64,000 bases of DNA. Origin: an uncultured delta proteobacterium. Lineage in GTDB: Bacteria > Desulfobacterota > Binatia > UBA9968. Position 1 is the stretch's first letter, and every line of letters begins with the position of its first letter. Of the stretch, positions 50,528 to 60,067 are shown one piece after another. A program made the translations under genes and the position numbers. The notes below the pieces were generated by a model, which was not told the DNA's origin, searched no databases, and saw only the letters and a program-made list of their open reading frames with translations. Location of the stretch: NCBI GenBank assembly GCA_963755715.1, contig CAVWLW010000027.1, positions 192,001-256,000 of the forward strand, in the 5' to 3' direction.

Positions 50528-51528
50528 TTCGATTCGTAGAGCTTCTTGATAAACCCACTCTTCTCCAACTCTGCGATGAAACTCGGGTCGACAAACTCTT
50601 CGGGTTTACGATTGCGGATTTCCGGCCTGCGTTTGCGCGACGTAGTCGTAAGTCGCTTCCAGGCCTTTCGTGATCGGGTACGGCACGGAGATGAAATCCT
50701 GCCTGTAGGTCTCATAAGAGTTTTCCAGGTTTCCCGGTCAGTGATCTTCAATTGCTTGCTCAGAACTTGAATACTGAACTCCTTATTGTTCTTAAAGTAA
50801 GCGATGCCTTCCACGTGCGCTTTGACCATTCGCATCACCGTGTCGCGGTCTTCGACGATGTTTTTTCTCCGCGTCACTATCGACATCGACGGGTAGATCA
50901 CTTCCTTCCTGGCGTCGAATAGAACTCGGAAGCCTTTGCGCTCCCCTTGCAGATCGAAGGGATAAGACGCCTCGGTCGCGTCCACCACGCCGGAAATCAA
51001 GGCTTGCAAGCGTTCCGGCGGAGTGCCGATGGAAAGCCAAGTGATTTCCCGGTTCGGGTCCACGCCGTTTTTGCGCAAGATATATTTGAACAGAAAATCC
51101 CCCAGGGATCCCAGGCTTGATGTCGCGATCCGCTTGCCGCGGAGATCTTCCGCTCTCTTGATCTCTGGCTTGACCAGCATCTTGGTTTGCACGCCGGGTA
51201 CGGTGTGCGCCACGTTGATCAGATCGGCGCCGCTCAGGTCCGCCATCATCATCGTCGGCAGCGCCACCGGCGAAGCGAAAATACTACCGCCCAGAAGCGC
51301 CGCTGAAGTTTGCCCTGAGCCGCGCAAAAGAATCAGCTCGACGTCGAGTCCGTGTTTTTCGTAGATCTTGGCTTCCTTCGCGATCCAGGGGATCCAATTT
51401 CCGCCAGAGAGCGAAGTTACGCCCCAATTGATCTTTTTGAGAGGTCGATCCTGTGCGGCGCTCGTCGAATGAATTGAAAGGAGGAAGAGTGATAATGCAG
51501 CGACCCGGAAGCGCGGGAGTAATCTCAT
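50524..51528 (-). CDS. ABC substrate-binding protein, NitT/TauT family (compensating frameshifts around 50650-50725)
   Basis: Close paralog of 49487-50527. Confidence 0.86.
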   Translation of the reverse strand: MRLLPRFRVAALSLFLLSIHSTSAAQDRPLKKINWGVTSLSGGNWIPWIAKEAKIYEKHGLDVELILLRGSGQTSAALLGGSIFASPVALPTMMMADLSGADLINVAHTVPGVQTKMLVKPEIKRAEDLRGKRIATSSLGSLGDFLFKYILRKNGVDPNREITWLSIGTPPERLQALISGVVDATEASYPFDLQGERKGFRVLFDARKEVIYPSMSIVTRRKNIVEDRDTVMRMVKAHVEGIAYFKNNKEFSIQVLSKQLKITDRETWKTLMRPTGRISSPCRTRSRKAWKRLTTTSRKRRPEIRNRKPEEFVDPSFIAELEKSGFIKKLYESK

Positions 51529-51585
51529 GACGAGTGTCCTCCGCCGGTTTTTCTGATGCCTGTTGCCACTGCTGATGCCTTCTTA

Positions 51586-52601
51586 TTACTTTTGCCCGTA
51601 AAGCTTCTTGATAAAGCCGCCTTTGTCCAGCTCTGAGATAAAGCTTGGATCGACGAATTCTTCGGCTTTATGCTGGTAGATTTCCGGGCGGCGCTGCGCG
51701 ACGTACTCGTAGGTTGTTTGCAGTCCCTGGGTGATCGGATAGGGCGTACGGCGATGAAGTCTTCTTTATAAATTTCGTAAGAACCTTCCAGGAGCTCTTT
51801 ATCATTGGTGCGCAGATATTTCGCGAGTATCTTCAGGCTGGCTTCCTTCTGCGTCTTTAGAAAATGGATGCCCTCCACGTGCGCGCGCATCATCCGCATC
51901 ACCGTGTCGTGGTCCTCCTGAATGGTCTTTTTGCGCGTCACCACCGACATGGAAGGATACGGCACTTCGATGCGCGCATCCCACAGTACCCGGTAGCCTT
52001 TTTTCTCGGCTTGAACATCGAATGGATAAGAAAGGTCTGCCGCATCGACGAGCTTGGCCTCCAGCGCCTGTACCCGATCGGGCGGCGCTCCGATGGTAAG
52101 CCAAGTTACGTCACGCTCCGGATTGAGACCGTACCTTTTCATCACCACGCGGTGAAGAAAATCACCCAACGAACCCAGACCCGAGCTAGCCAATCTTTTA
52201 CCCTTGATGTCTTCCGGTCTCTTGAGCTCAGGTCGCGCCATGACTTTGCTCTGAACCGCTTTGACAGTGTGAGCGATGGTGGTGAGGTCCGCGCCGGCGA
52301 GGTTCGCCGTCATGACCGTTGCCGTCGTCACCGGCGCGGCAAAAATGCTCCCCGCGACGAGCGCTTTTGAAGTGTCCCCCGAACCGCCGCGCAGGTAAAC
52401 AATGTCAACATCAAGGCCGTATTTCTCATAGAGCTTCGCATCTTTGGCGATCCAAGGAATCCATTGAGACGAGGATATCGATGTCTGCCCCCAGATAATT
52501 TTCTTGAGTCCCTTGTCTTGCGCCTGAACCAACGTCGCGAACGCCGCAATCGAAATCAGGAACGCCGGATAGAATGATTTTCGCTTGAATGCCGAACTCA
52601 T
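51586..52601 (-). CDS. ABC substrate-binding protein, NitT/TauT family (frameshift near 51745)
   Basis: Close paralog; the corrected C-terminus ...ELDKGGFIKKLYGQK stops at 51586. Confidence 0.85.
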
Positions 52602-52653
52602 GATTTAACTTCTCCCGTTCCACATGCCTTATCTCTGTTGCCGCGCGCGGTTT

Positions 52654-53697
52654 TCACCGCCGAATCGCAAACTGTTTGGTGAAACCGCTGTCCTCAATTT
52701 TCTTTAAATAACTGTGATCGTAGAACTCTTCAGGATTCGCCGTTGCGGCCTTGGGCTGGCCAGGGGCCAAAAACTGCAAGACCGTCTTAACACCGGCGAC
52801 GCTGGCGTAAGGCATCACCGGCATAAGCTCGACGTAATAATCATATCCTTCTTCGGCCCGCGCCCGATCGTTCATCTTCATGAACTTCATGATGCCCGCG
52901 ACGGTTTTTTCCTTTTGCGTGCGAAAGAAATGGAGCGACTCGATATAGCCCTTGAGAAAGTTCTCGACCAGCAACGAGTGACTTTTGATATATCCCGCCA
53001 TCCCTGCTATCGACGAGCCGGCGTACTCGATATCGGATTTCCGCAGGTCGATCAGCTCGCGAAAGCCTAATTGCTTCGCGATTCCGCTGAACGGCGGCGT
53101 CAGAGCGGTCGCGACGACCGAGCCGCGCTGTAGCGCGTTCATGCGCCCCTGCTGGCTCTCTCCGACGGAAATGAAGATAACATCCTTGCCCGGTTCCAAT
53201 CCCCATTTGCGCAGAATTAAACGCAATGCGCTGTCGGCCGACGCGCCGGGCCGCGTCCCGGTTACAATTTTTCCCTTCAAGTCTTGCGGAGTTTTGATAT
53301 CGGGAGACGTCATAATGCTGTACTCAAGCTTGCTCGACTGCACGGTAAGCATCGTAATATCCATCCCGCCGAGCCGCGCGCTGATCGTCGCCGTTGACCC
53401 GGCGGAAAGAAATTGCACGGAATTGGAAGTTACCGCCGCCAGCGAGTTCATCCCGCCGCCCATGTAAATCGGTTCGAGATCGACCCCGTACTTGGCGAAA
53501 ATTCCAAACTGATGTCCGATCGGAATCACGCTGGTATTGACCGATATCGATCCCAACGCGACGCGGATTTTCTCCCGCGTCTGCGCCGCACCTATCTGAG
53601 CCAGAAGTAAAAAAAAGATTGTCAGTGAGAGCCTAAACCGAATCACAATTTGGATCCTTCCTATCTTAAACTGTTGCCTGATGCCTATGCGGGTCAT
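52654..53697 (-). CDS. ABC substrate-binding protein, NitT/TauT family
   Basis: [27 protein letters not shown]. Confidence 0.85.
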   Translation of the reverse strand: MTRIGIRQQFKIGRIQIVIRFRLSLTIFFLLLAQIGAAQTREKIRVALGSISVNTSVIPIGHQFGIFAKYGVDLEPIYMGGGMNSLAAVTSNSVQFLSAGSTATISARLGGMDITMLTVQSSKLEYSIMTSPDIKTPQDLKGKIVTGTRPGASADSALRLILRKWGLEPGKDVIFISVGESQQGRMNALQRGSVVATALTPPFSGIAKQLGFRELIDLRKSDIEYAGSSIAGMAGYIKSHSLLVENFLKGYIESLHFFRTQKEKTVAGIMKFMKMNDRARAEEGYDYYVELMPVMPYASVAGVKTVLQFLAPGQPKAATANPEEFYDHSYLKKIEDSGFTKQFAIRR

Positions 53698-55637
53698 TCT
53701 TCATATTGCTCTTTGAGCTTGGCCACCACCGCCGGATCGGCCAGCGTTGTGGTATCGCCCAGCGCGCGGCCGTCGGCGATATCGCGCAGCAAGCGGCGCA
53801 TTATTTTGCCGCTGCGGGTCTTGGGCAACTCCGCCGTGAAAAGAATCTCGTCGGGCCGGGCGATCGGACCGATTTTTTTCGCCACATGCGCTTTAAGCTC
53901 GTCGATCAGGGAACTGCTGCCGTCGACGCCGGACTTGATCGAGACGAAAGCGCAGATCGCCTGGCCTTTGATTTCGTGCTCCTTGCCGATGACCGCGGCT
54001 TCGGCCACTTTTTGATGATCGACCAGCGCGCTCTCGACTTCCATCGTGCTGATGCGATGACCGGCGACGTTCATCACGTCGTCGACCCGGCCGAGCAGCC
54101 AATAGTAACCGTCTTTATCGCGCTTGCAGCCGTCGCCGGCAAAATACTTTCCCGGGAAACGGCTCCAATAGGTTTGCACGAACCGGTCCGGGTCGCCGTA
54201 AATCGTCCGCATCATCGCCGGCCAGGGTTTGGTCAGCACCAGATAGCCGCCACCGCCTTTGGGAACGGACTTGCCGCTCTCATCGACGACGTCCGCTTCG
54301 ATACCGGGCAACGGCATCGTCGCCGACCCCGGTTTTAGTTTGGTAATGCCGGGGAGAGGCGAAATGAGAGGGTGCCCTGTCTCCGTTTGCCACCAGGTGT
54401 CCATCACGGGGCAACGCCCGCCGCCGATATATTTGTGGTACCACACCCAAGCCTCGGGATTGATCGGCTCGCCGACGCTGCCAAGCAGCCGCAAGCTTTT
54501 CAAGTCATGCTTGCCGGGAAATTCCGTGCCCCAGCGCATGAAGGTTCGGATCGCCGTCGGCGCGGTGTGAAAAATCGTCACGCCGTATTTTTCCACGATG
54601 CGCCAGAGACGGTCTTTGTCTGGCCAATCCGGCGTGCCTTCATACATCACCTGAGTGACGCCATTGGCCATCGGGCCGTACACAATGTGTGTATGGCCGG
54701 TCACCCAGCCGATATCCGCCGCGCACCAGAAGACATCGTCATCCTTCATGTCGAAGATCCACTTATTCGCGAGCGTGACACCGGTAAGATAGCCGCCGGT
54801 GGTGTGAACGATGCCTTTGGGTTTACCGGTAGTGCCGCTGGTGTAGAGGATGTAGAGCATGTCTTCGCTGTCCATCTGCTCGGGCTCACACCATAGCGGC
54901 GCCTCGGCCATCGCATCATCCCACCACAAATCGCGGCCTTCTTTCATCTGCGCGCCGGAGTCCGCGCCGATCCTTTTTACCACGACAACATGCTCGATCG
55001 ACGGCGCGTCGGTAAGCGCTTCGTCGGCATTTTTTTTAAGCGGCACCACCGCGCCGCGCCGGTAGCCGCCGTCGGCGGTGACCAGCACTTTGGCTTGAGC
55101 GTCGTTGATGCGGCCACGCAAGGCTTCGGCGCTGAATCCGCCGAATACCACACTGTGCGGCGCGCCGATGCGGTTACAGGCGTGCATGGCGATCACGAGC
55201 TCGGGAATCATGCCCATATAAAGGCAGACCCGGTCGCCTTTTTTGACGCCGAGTTTTTTGAGCACGTTGGCGAATTTGTTTACCTCGCGCCACACGTCGC
55301 GGTAGGTCAAGACGCGCTCGTCACCGGGCTCGCCTTCCCAGATGATCGCCGCTTTGTTCTTGCGCCCACCTTGCACATGGCGATCGAGGCAATTGTAGGA
55401 AGCGTTGAGCTTGCCGCCGATGAACCACTTTGCCCACGGCGAGTTCCACTCCAGGACTTTTTTCCACGGCTTGAACCAGTGCAGGTCTTTGGCCGCTTTG
55501 GCCCAGAAGGCTTGCGGATTTTTGCGCGCGGTGTTGAACACGCCTGCGCTTTTGATGTTAGCCGATTTCTTGAATTCTTTAGGCGGTGGAAAGTTTCTTT
55601 TTTCGTTTAACAAAACCTCGATCGCTTTATCTGCCAT
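53694..55637 (-). CDS. acs: Acetyl-CoA synthetase (AMP-forming)
   Basis: [45 protein letters not shown]. Confidence 0.97.
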   Translation of the reverse strand: MADKAIEVLLNEKRNFPPPKEFKKSANIKSAGVFNTARKNPQAFWAKAAKDLHWFKPWKKVLEWNSPWAKWFIGGKLNASYNCLDRHVQGGRKNKAAIIWEGEPGDERVLTYRDVWREVNKFANVLKKLGVKKGDRVCLYMGMIPELVIAMHACNRIGAPHSVVFGGFSAEALRGRINDAQAKVLVTADGGYRRGAVVPLKKNADEALTDAPSIEHVVVVKRIGADSGAQMKEGRDLWWDDAMAEAPLWCEPEQMDSEDMLYILYTSGTTGKPKGIVHTTGGYLTGVTLANKWIFDMKDDDVFWCAADIGWVTGHTHIVYGPMANGVTQVMYEGTPDWPDKDRLWRIVEKYGVTIFHTAPTAIRTFMRWGTEFPGKHDLKSLRLLGSVGEPINPEAWVWYHKYIGGGRCPVMDTWWQTETGHPLISPLPGITKLKPGSATMPLPGIEADVVDESGKSVPKGGGGYLVLTKPWPAMMRTIYGDPDRFVQTYWSRFPGKYFAGDGCKRDKDGYYWLLGRVDDVMNVAGHRISTMEVESALVDHQKVAEAAVIGKEHEIKGQAICAFVSIKSGVDGSSSLIDELKAHVAKKIGPIARPDEILFTAELPKTRSGKIMRRLLRDIADGRALGDTTTLADPAVVAKLKEQYEE

Positions 55638-55857
55638 AGTGCAGCCTCCTTCAAAAAAGTTTGCCGCAGATCAAGAAAACGTTCGGATTCTATTGAAGCC
55701 TTATCGGCTTGGCAAGAGGGAAATCCAGAATGATCTCTAGTTTCGAGTCCCCAGGTTTCGGTTGAACTCGGAACGCGAAAACTGCGCATCGCCCTTGACG
55801 CTCATTCAAGAGTTACGATAGGGCTCAAACAGTTAAGCTATTAAGAGGAAGACACAG

Positions 55858-56599
55858 ATGAGCAAAATCGCCGTCGTAACGGGAGGAGCCGGAGGGATCG
55901 GCCAAGCCGTAGCCGAGCGCTTCGGCAGAGGACGAATACAAGTTAGTTTTGATCGATCTGGACGATCAAGCCGGGCAACAGCTTGCCGGCGCATGGCGCA
56001 GGCGCGGTGCCGAGCTATCGTTTTTTCCAGCCGACCTGACCGAAGAAGCCGCGGTCAATGCGACCTTTGAAAAAATCATCACCGCGCACGGCCGCGTCGA
56101 CGCCCTGGTCAACGTCGCAGGCGGCAGCCTGCATCGCCACCAACTGGAAGACTTCCCCCTGGCGCACTGGCAAGCCGTCATCGACGCAAACCTCACCTCC
56201 ACGTTTCTTTGCTGCCGTGCAGTGGTCGGGCTCATGAAAAAGCAAAAAAGCGGCGCCATCGTGAACATCTCATCAGATATCGGCTTCAGCGGCGACGCCG
56301 GGCGCTCCGCCTACGCCGCGGCTAAAGCCGGCATTCTCGGTCTGACCCGATCGCTAGCGCTCGAATTGGCGACCTGCGGCGTGCGCGTCAACGCCGTCGC
56401 GCCGGGGCGGATCGCCACGCCGCGGGTCCGAGCAAGTTACACCGACATCGAATGGGAAGCCGCGGCGAAGAGAATTCCGGTCGGCCATGCCGGCGCGCCG
56501 GAAGATGTCGCCGAAGCCGTCGCCTTTCTCGCCAGCGACGCAGCCAAACACATGACGGGACAAACGATCCATGTGAACGGCGGCAGGATCATGACGTAA
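55858..56599 (+). CDS. Short-chain dehydrogenase/reductase (FabG-like; frameshift near 55925)
   Basis: TGGAGGIG, NVAG, YAAAK, VNAVAPG, TGQTIHVNGG. Confidence 0.92.
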
Positions 56600-56636
56600 C
56601 CGATCTTTCGTAGGTAAGTAAAAAACACTGCGCCAC

Positions 56637-56675
56637 AAAAAAGCCGGAAGTGCGAGTGACACTTCCGGCTTCTTC
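56637..56675. terminator. Bidirectional terminator between convergent SDR and reductase genes
   Basis: AAAAAAGCCGGAAGTG-cgagtga-CACTTCCGGCTTCTT. Confidence 0.8.
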
Positions 56676-56710
56676 TAGGTATTGAAGCGAAACTCTTTTA
56701 GTTGCGCGCC

Positions 56711-58054
56711 CTATCTCGCCGCCTTGCGCGCCGCAATGACTTCGAGCATCTTGTCGTCGCTGATGTATTTGAAGTCCCAGGTTTTGCGCGCGCGGGCTTC
56801 CTCTTGTTCGGCGCTTTCGAGCAGCTCGATGTCTTCTTTGGTCACTACTGAAGCGCCTTTTTTGTGCAGCAGCTCGATCAGCGCTTCGATTTTCGCTTCC
56901 ATGTCGCCGCTCGAAAGGCCCTCTTTGCTTGCGAGGTACTGGTTTACGACCTTCATGCCGCGCTCGGCGTCTTGCTTGGCGACGCCGACCAGACCGACGC
57001 TCGCGTTACGCGACCAGCCGGCGACAAAAATGCCGTCGAGCGCTTTCTTGGTTTCCGGATCGTACGGCTGATAGGCCGCGGGATTGGGATCGCCGGGAAG
57101 CTTTTCCGGGTTGGTCACGAACGCCCCCCGTGAAAACGGCAAACCGAGCGCCGCATCGACCTGATCGCCGATCGCGTAGATCACGCAATCGACTTCGATC
57201 CGGCGCGTCTTGCCGGTGCCCTTGGCCACCGTCCGGCCGTCCTGAAGAATCATTTCGTTTTCTTCGGCCTCGAGCGCAGCGACACGGCCTTGGTCGTTGG
57301 CGATGACCTTCGTCGGCGAGCAGAGATAGCGAAACGTCAGCCGGCGGCCTTCGGCGGGCTCGCCTTGCTTGACGAATTTTTTCATGATTTCGTCGACGTT
57401 TTGTCCGACGGCCGCGAGGTGCGGCGCGATCCGTTCGATCTCTTGTTTCATGTCGGCATTGTCGAGGTACGGTTCGATATATTCGAACTCGTTGTCGTCA
57501 TAGGCCTTTTCGAGTGGTCCACGGCGCGCCACGACGACAACCTGATCGATCTTTTTGAGATTGAGCAGCCAATTGGCGATATCGACCATGACGTTGCCCA
57601 TGCCGATAATCGCGACCCGCCGGCCGATCTCGAAAGTCCTCTGGCTAAACGGCGGTAGAGAATTATAGTAATAGACGACGTCCTTCGCATGGTACACGCC
57701 TAGCGTATCTTCGCCTTCGATGCCTAATTTCTTTGTGCCCTGCGCGCCGGCGGTTACGACGATGACGCCGAAACCGATCGTTCTTAGATCGTTCAACGTC
57801 AACGCCTGGTCTTGTCCGATGGTCACGTGGCCGAGATAAAAAACCTTCGGATCCGCGAGAATTTTCTTAAACTGCTTGCGCAGTCCTGTTTTCATCTTCT
57901 CTTTTTCTACATAAATGCCGTATTCGGCCAAGCCACCGGGTTTGATATCGCGATTGAGCAGAACGACGCGATGGCCCGCCTCAGCGAGTTTCCGCGCCCC
58001 GTAAATCCCTGCGGGTCCCGCGCCCACGACAGCGACCAAATGTTGCTCCGGCAT
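56711..58054 (-). CDS. Ferredoxin-NADP+ reductase (adrenodoxin reductase/FprA-like FAD oxidoreductase)
   Basis: GAGPAG, PGGLAEYGI, IIGMGNVMVD, ARRGP, AGWSR; start reassigned to ATG 58054 (GAGG RBS). Confidence 0.82.
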   Translation of the reverse strand: MPEQHLVAVVGAGPAGIYGARKLAEAGHRVVLLNRDIKPGGLAEYGIYVEKEKMKTGLRKQFKKILADPKVFYLGHVTIGQDQALTLNDLRTIGFGVIVVTAGAQGTKKLGIEGEDTLGVYHAKDVVYYYNSLPPFSQRTFEIGRRVAIIGMGNVMVDIANWLLNLKKIDQVVVVARRGPLEKAYDDNEFEYIEPYLDNADMKQEIERIAPHLAAVGQNVDEIMKKFVKQGEPAEGRRLTFRYLCSPTKVIANDQGRVAALEAEENEMILQDGRTVAKGTGKTRRIEVDCVIYAIGDQVDAALGLPFSRGAFVTNPEKLPGDPNPAAYQPYDPETKKALDGIFVAGWSRNASVGLVGVAKQDAERGMKVVNQYLASKEGLSSGDMEAKIEALIELLHKKGASVVTKEDIELLESAEQEEARARKTWDFKYISDDKMLEVIAARKAAR

Positions 58055-58147
58055 CCGCGTTACCTCAACGCCAAAAATACCAATTGGCTCTCGACTTTGA
58101 GAGGATTCTCGACCAAAACAGAACGACAAGGAAAGATGGAAGGTGTT

Positions 58148-58417
58148 TTACTGCAGCTCCCTTTTGCCTTCGTATTCCAACTCTGTGCCCCGGGAGTCCT
58201 TGTGCGTAAATGAAACCAAGTCCCAAGAACCGTCTTCCAAGGGACCCTTCAGGATGTAGGAGTTTTCGTCGCTCCCGAGCACGCGAAAATAACATGCCTG
58301 CTCGCCGTGCCAGCGATCCACGCACGCTTCGACTTGAATGATTCGCGTTCCGAGCGTAAAGCGGGTGGGGCTTTCTTGTCCCTTAGAGTCGGATTGAGAT
58401 TCAACCTTCACCTTCAT
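58148..58417 (-). CDS. Conserved hypothetical small beta-rich protein
   Basis: 89 aa with a plausible globular pattern E.P.RF.LG...V....DRW....YFRV. Confidence 0.6.
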   Translation of the reverse strand: MKVKVESQSDSKGQESPTRFTLGTRIIQVEACVDRWHGEQACYFRVLGSDENSYILKGPLEDGSWDLVSFTHKDSRGTELEYEGKRELQ

Positions 58418-58498
58418 GAGCGACTCACTTTTACTTTAAAATAAAACCGGACGAACGTAATATAGCGTAAAAATTGCCAATTTCAAAGGAGGAGTGCC

Positions 58499-59183
58499 AT
58501 GGACACGCTCAAGCTCTTAAAACAGGACGTCGTCAGCGCTTGTCGAATCCTCTCGCAGCAAAAACTGGTCGAGGGCTTTGGCCACGTCAGCGCGCGCCTG
58601 CCGGATACAGATCTCTTCCTCATGACACCGCGCATCAGTCTCGCCCTGCTCGCAGGAAACCGACCTTCTCACCTTGAATCTGCGCGGTGAAATTGTCGAA
58701 GGCATCCATCCAGCGCCCTTCGAAGCTTGGCTGCATACGGCGATCATGAAAGCGAAGCCGCGCGTGCATGCGATTACGCGCATCCACGCGCGTATGGCGA
58801 ATATCTTCTCGGTGACCGACCGCAAACTCGAACCGGTGCACAATCACGGCAGCTTTTTCGCCGGAGGCGTGCCTGTGTTCAAAACACCGGATCTGATATC
58901 GACGGCCAAACTCGGCGACGAAGTGGCGCAGGCCCTCGCCGACAAACCGGCTATCCTTCTGCGCGGCAACGGTCAAGTAACCGTCGGCAGAACGATCCCC
59001 GAAGCGGTCATGATGGCGATCTACCTGGAGGAAGCGGCGGCGATGCTTCACGGCGCGCTGCAAATCGGCACACCGATTCCTCTGGCACTCGATGAAGCGA
59101 AGCAGCGGCAAGTCGAAGCGCTACCGCCGGTGGATTTGGAGCGGGCGTGGAATTTTTTTAAAAATCGGGTGGAGAACAGATAG
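58499..59183 (+). CDS. Class II aldolase/adducin family protein with altered metal ligands (frameshift near 58650)
   Basis: GFGHVSAR, PFEAWLH, RIH, LLRGNG; AGGAGG RBS. Confidence 0.85.
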
Positions 59184-59236
59184 ACTGTGCTGACGCGGCT
59201 CTCTATCACACAGCAGAGCCGTGCGGCTGCCTAACT

Positions 59237-59274
59237 AAAAAAAGCGCGGCGCCCAAAACCGAGCGCCGCGCTTT
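59237..59274 (-). terminator. Rho-independent terminator of the cytochrome operon
   Basis: AAAGCGCGGCGC/GCGCCGCGCTTT stem with a T7 run on the minus strand. Confidence 0.8.
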
Positions 59275-59291
59275 AGACGAATAAACCGCGA

Positions 59292-60005
59292 TTATTTGCC
59301 GGCGATTTCGAAGTTGACCTTTGCCTCTTCCTTCGCCTTGACAGTTACCTTTTGGCTGCTCTTGCCAAGCTTCTCCTGCCAAACTTCCACATTGTAGGTT
59401 CCCGCCGGCACGTCGGTGAGCTTGAAACTACCGGAGTTATCGGTCACGGCAAAGTATGGATTCTCGGTCGCGACCAGCCAGCCGTGCATCCAGCCGTGCA
59501 CGTCACACTTGATCTCGATCACTTCCGGTTTGTCGATTTTTACTTCCAAGGTCTTTTTAAACTTCGGTTGGGCTTGGTTAAACGGGCTGTTGACCTTGCT
59601 GTAAGAATGGACGTTATGGAGAATGCCGTCCGGGTTCAAAATTTCAAGTGTAGAACCCGCAGGGAACGCCAACACGTGGGGGTGATATTGGCACTCCTTC
59701 TGGTCCAATGTCACTTTTTTAACTTCGATTTTCTTGCCTTTTTGAATATCGGTGATCGTGATCACGGCATTCGCGAGATTACCATTGCTGACCACCAAGG
59801 TCTGATCCTCTTTGGGCGTTTTTCCGCAAACCTCTTTGTCCTTGCTCACATCCAGCTTCTTCGGCGCCGGAGCGGTGCCTTTGAATTTCACCGTGCCGGA
59901 AATCGTCCCGCCGTCTTTTACATCGCCGCCCTGATAGGCCGCCATGCCGCTGACCGGCAAACTCAAAAGAGCCATCGATAAGATCACTGAGCCCAATTTT
60001 TTCAT
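59292..60005 (-). CDS. Periplasmic cupredoxin-like protein with carboxypeptidase-regulatory-like domain
   Basis: Signal peptide; HNVH ... KCDVHGWM (H..C-x2-H-x2-M type-1 copper ligand set); F.LTDVPAGTY.VEVW beta-sandwich. Confidence 0.78.
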   Translation of the reverse strand: MKKLGSVILSMALLSLPVSGMAAYQGGDVKDGGTISGTVKFKGTAPAPKKLDVSKDKEVCGKTPKEDQTLVVSNGNLANAVITITDIQKGKKIEVKKVTLDQKECQYHPHVLAFPAGSTLEILNPDGILHNVHSYSKVNSPFNQAQPKFKKTLEVKIDKPEVIEIKCDVHGWMHGWLVATENPYFAVTDNSGSFKLTDVPAGTYNVEVWQEKLGKSSQKVTVKAKEEAKVNFEIAGK

Positions 60006-60067
60006 ACCTTCCTCCTTCAGTTTAAACCTGACTATTCCTTTGACGAACTTCGAGGTTCAGCTATTCA

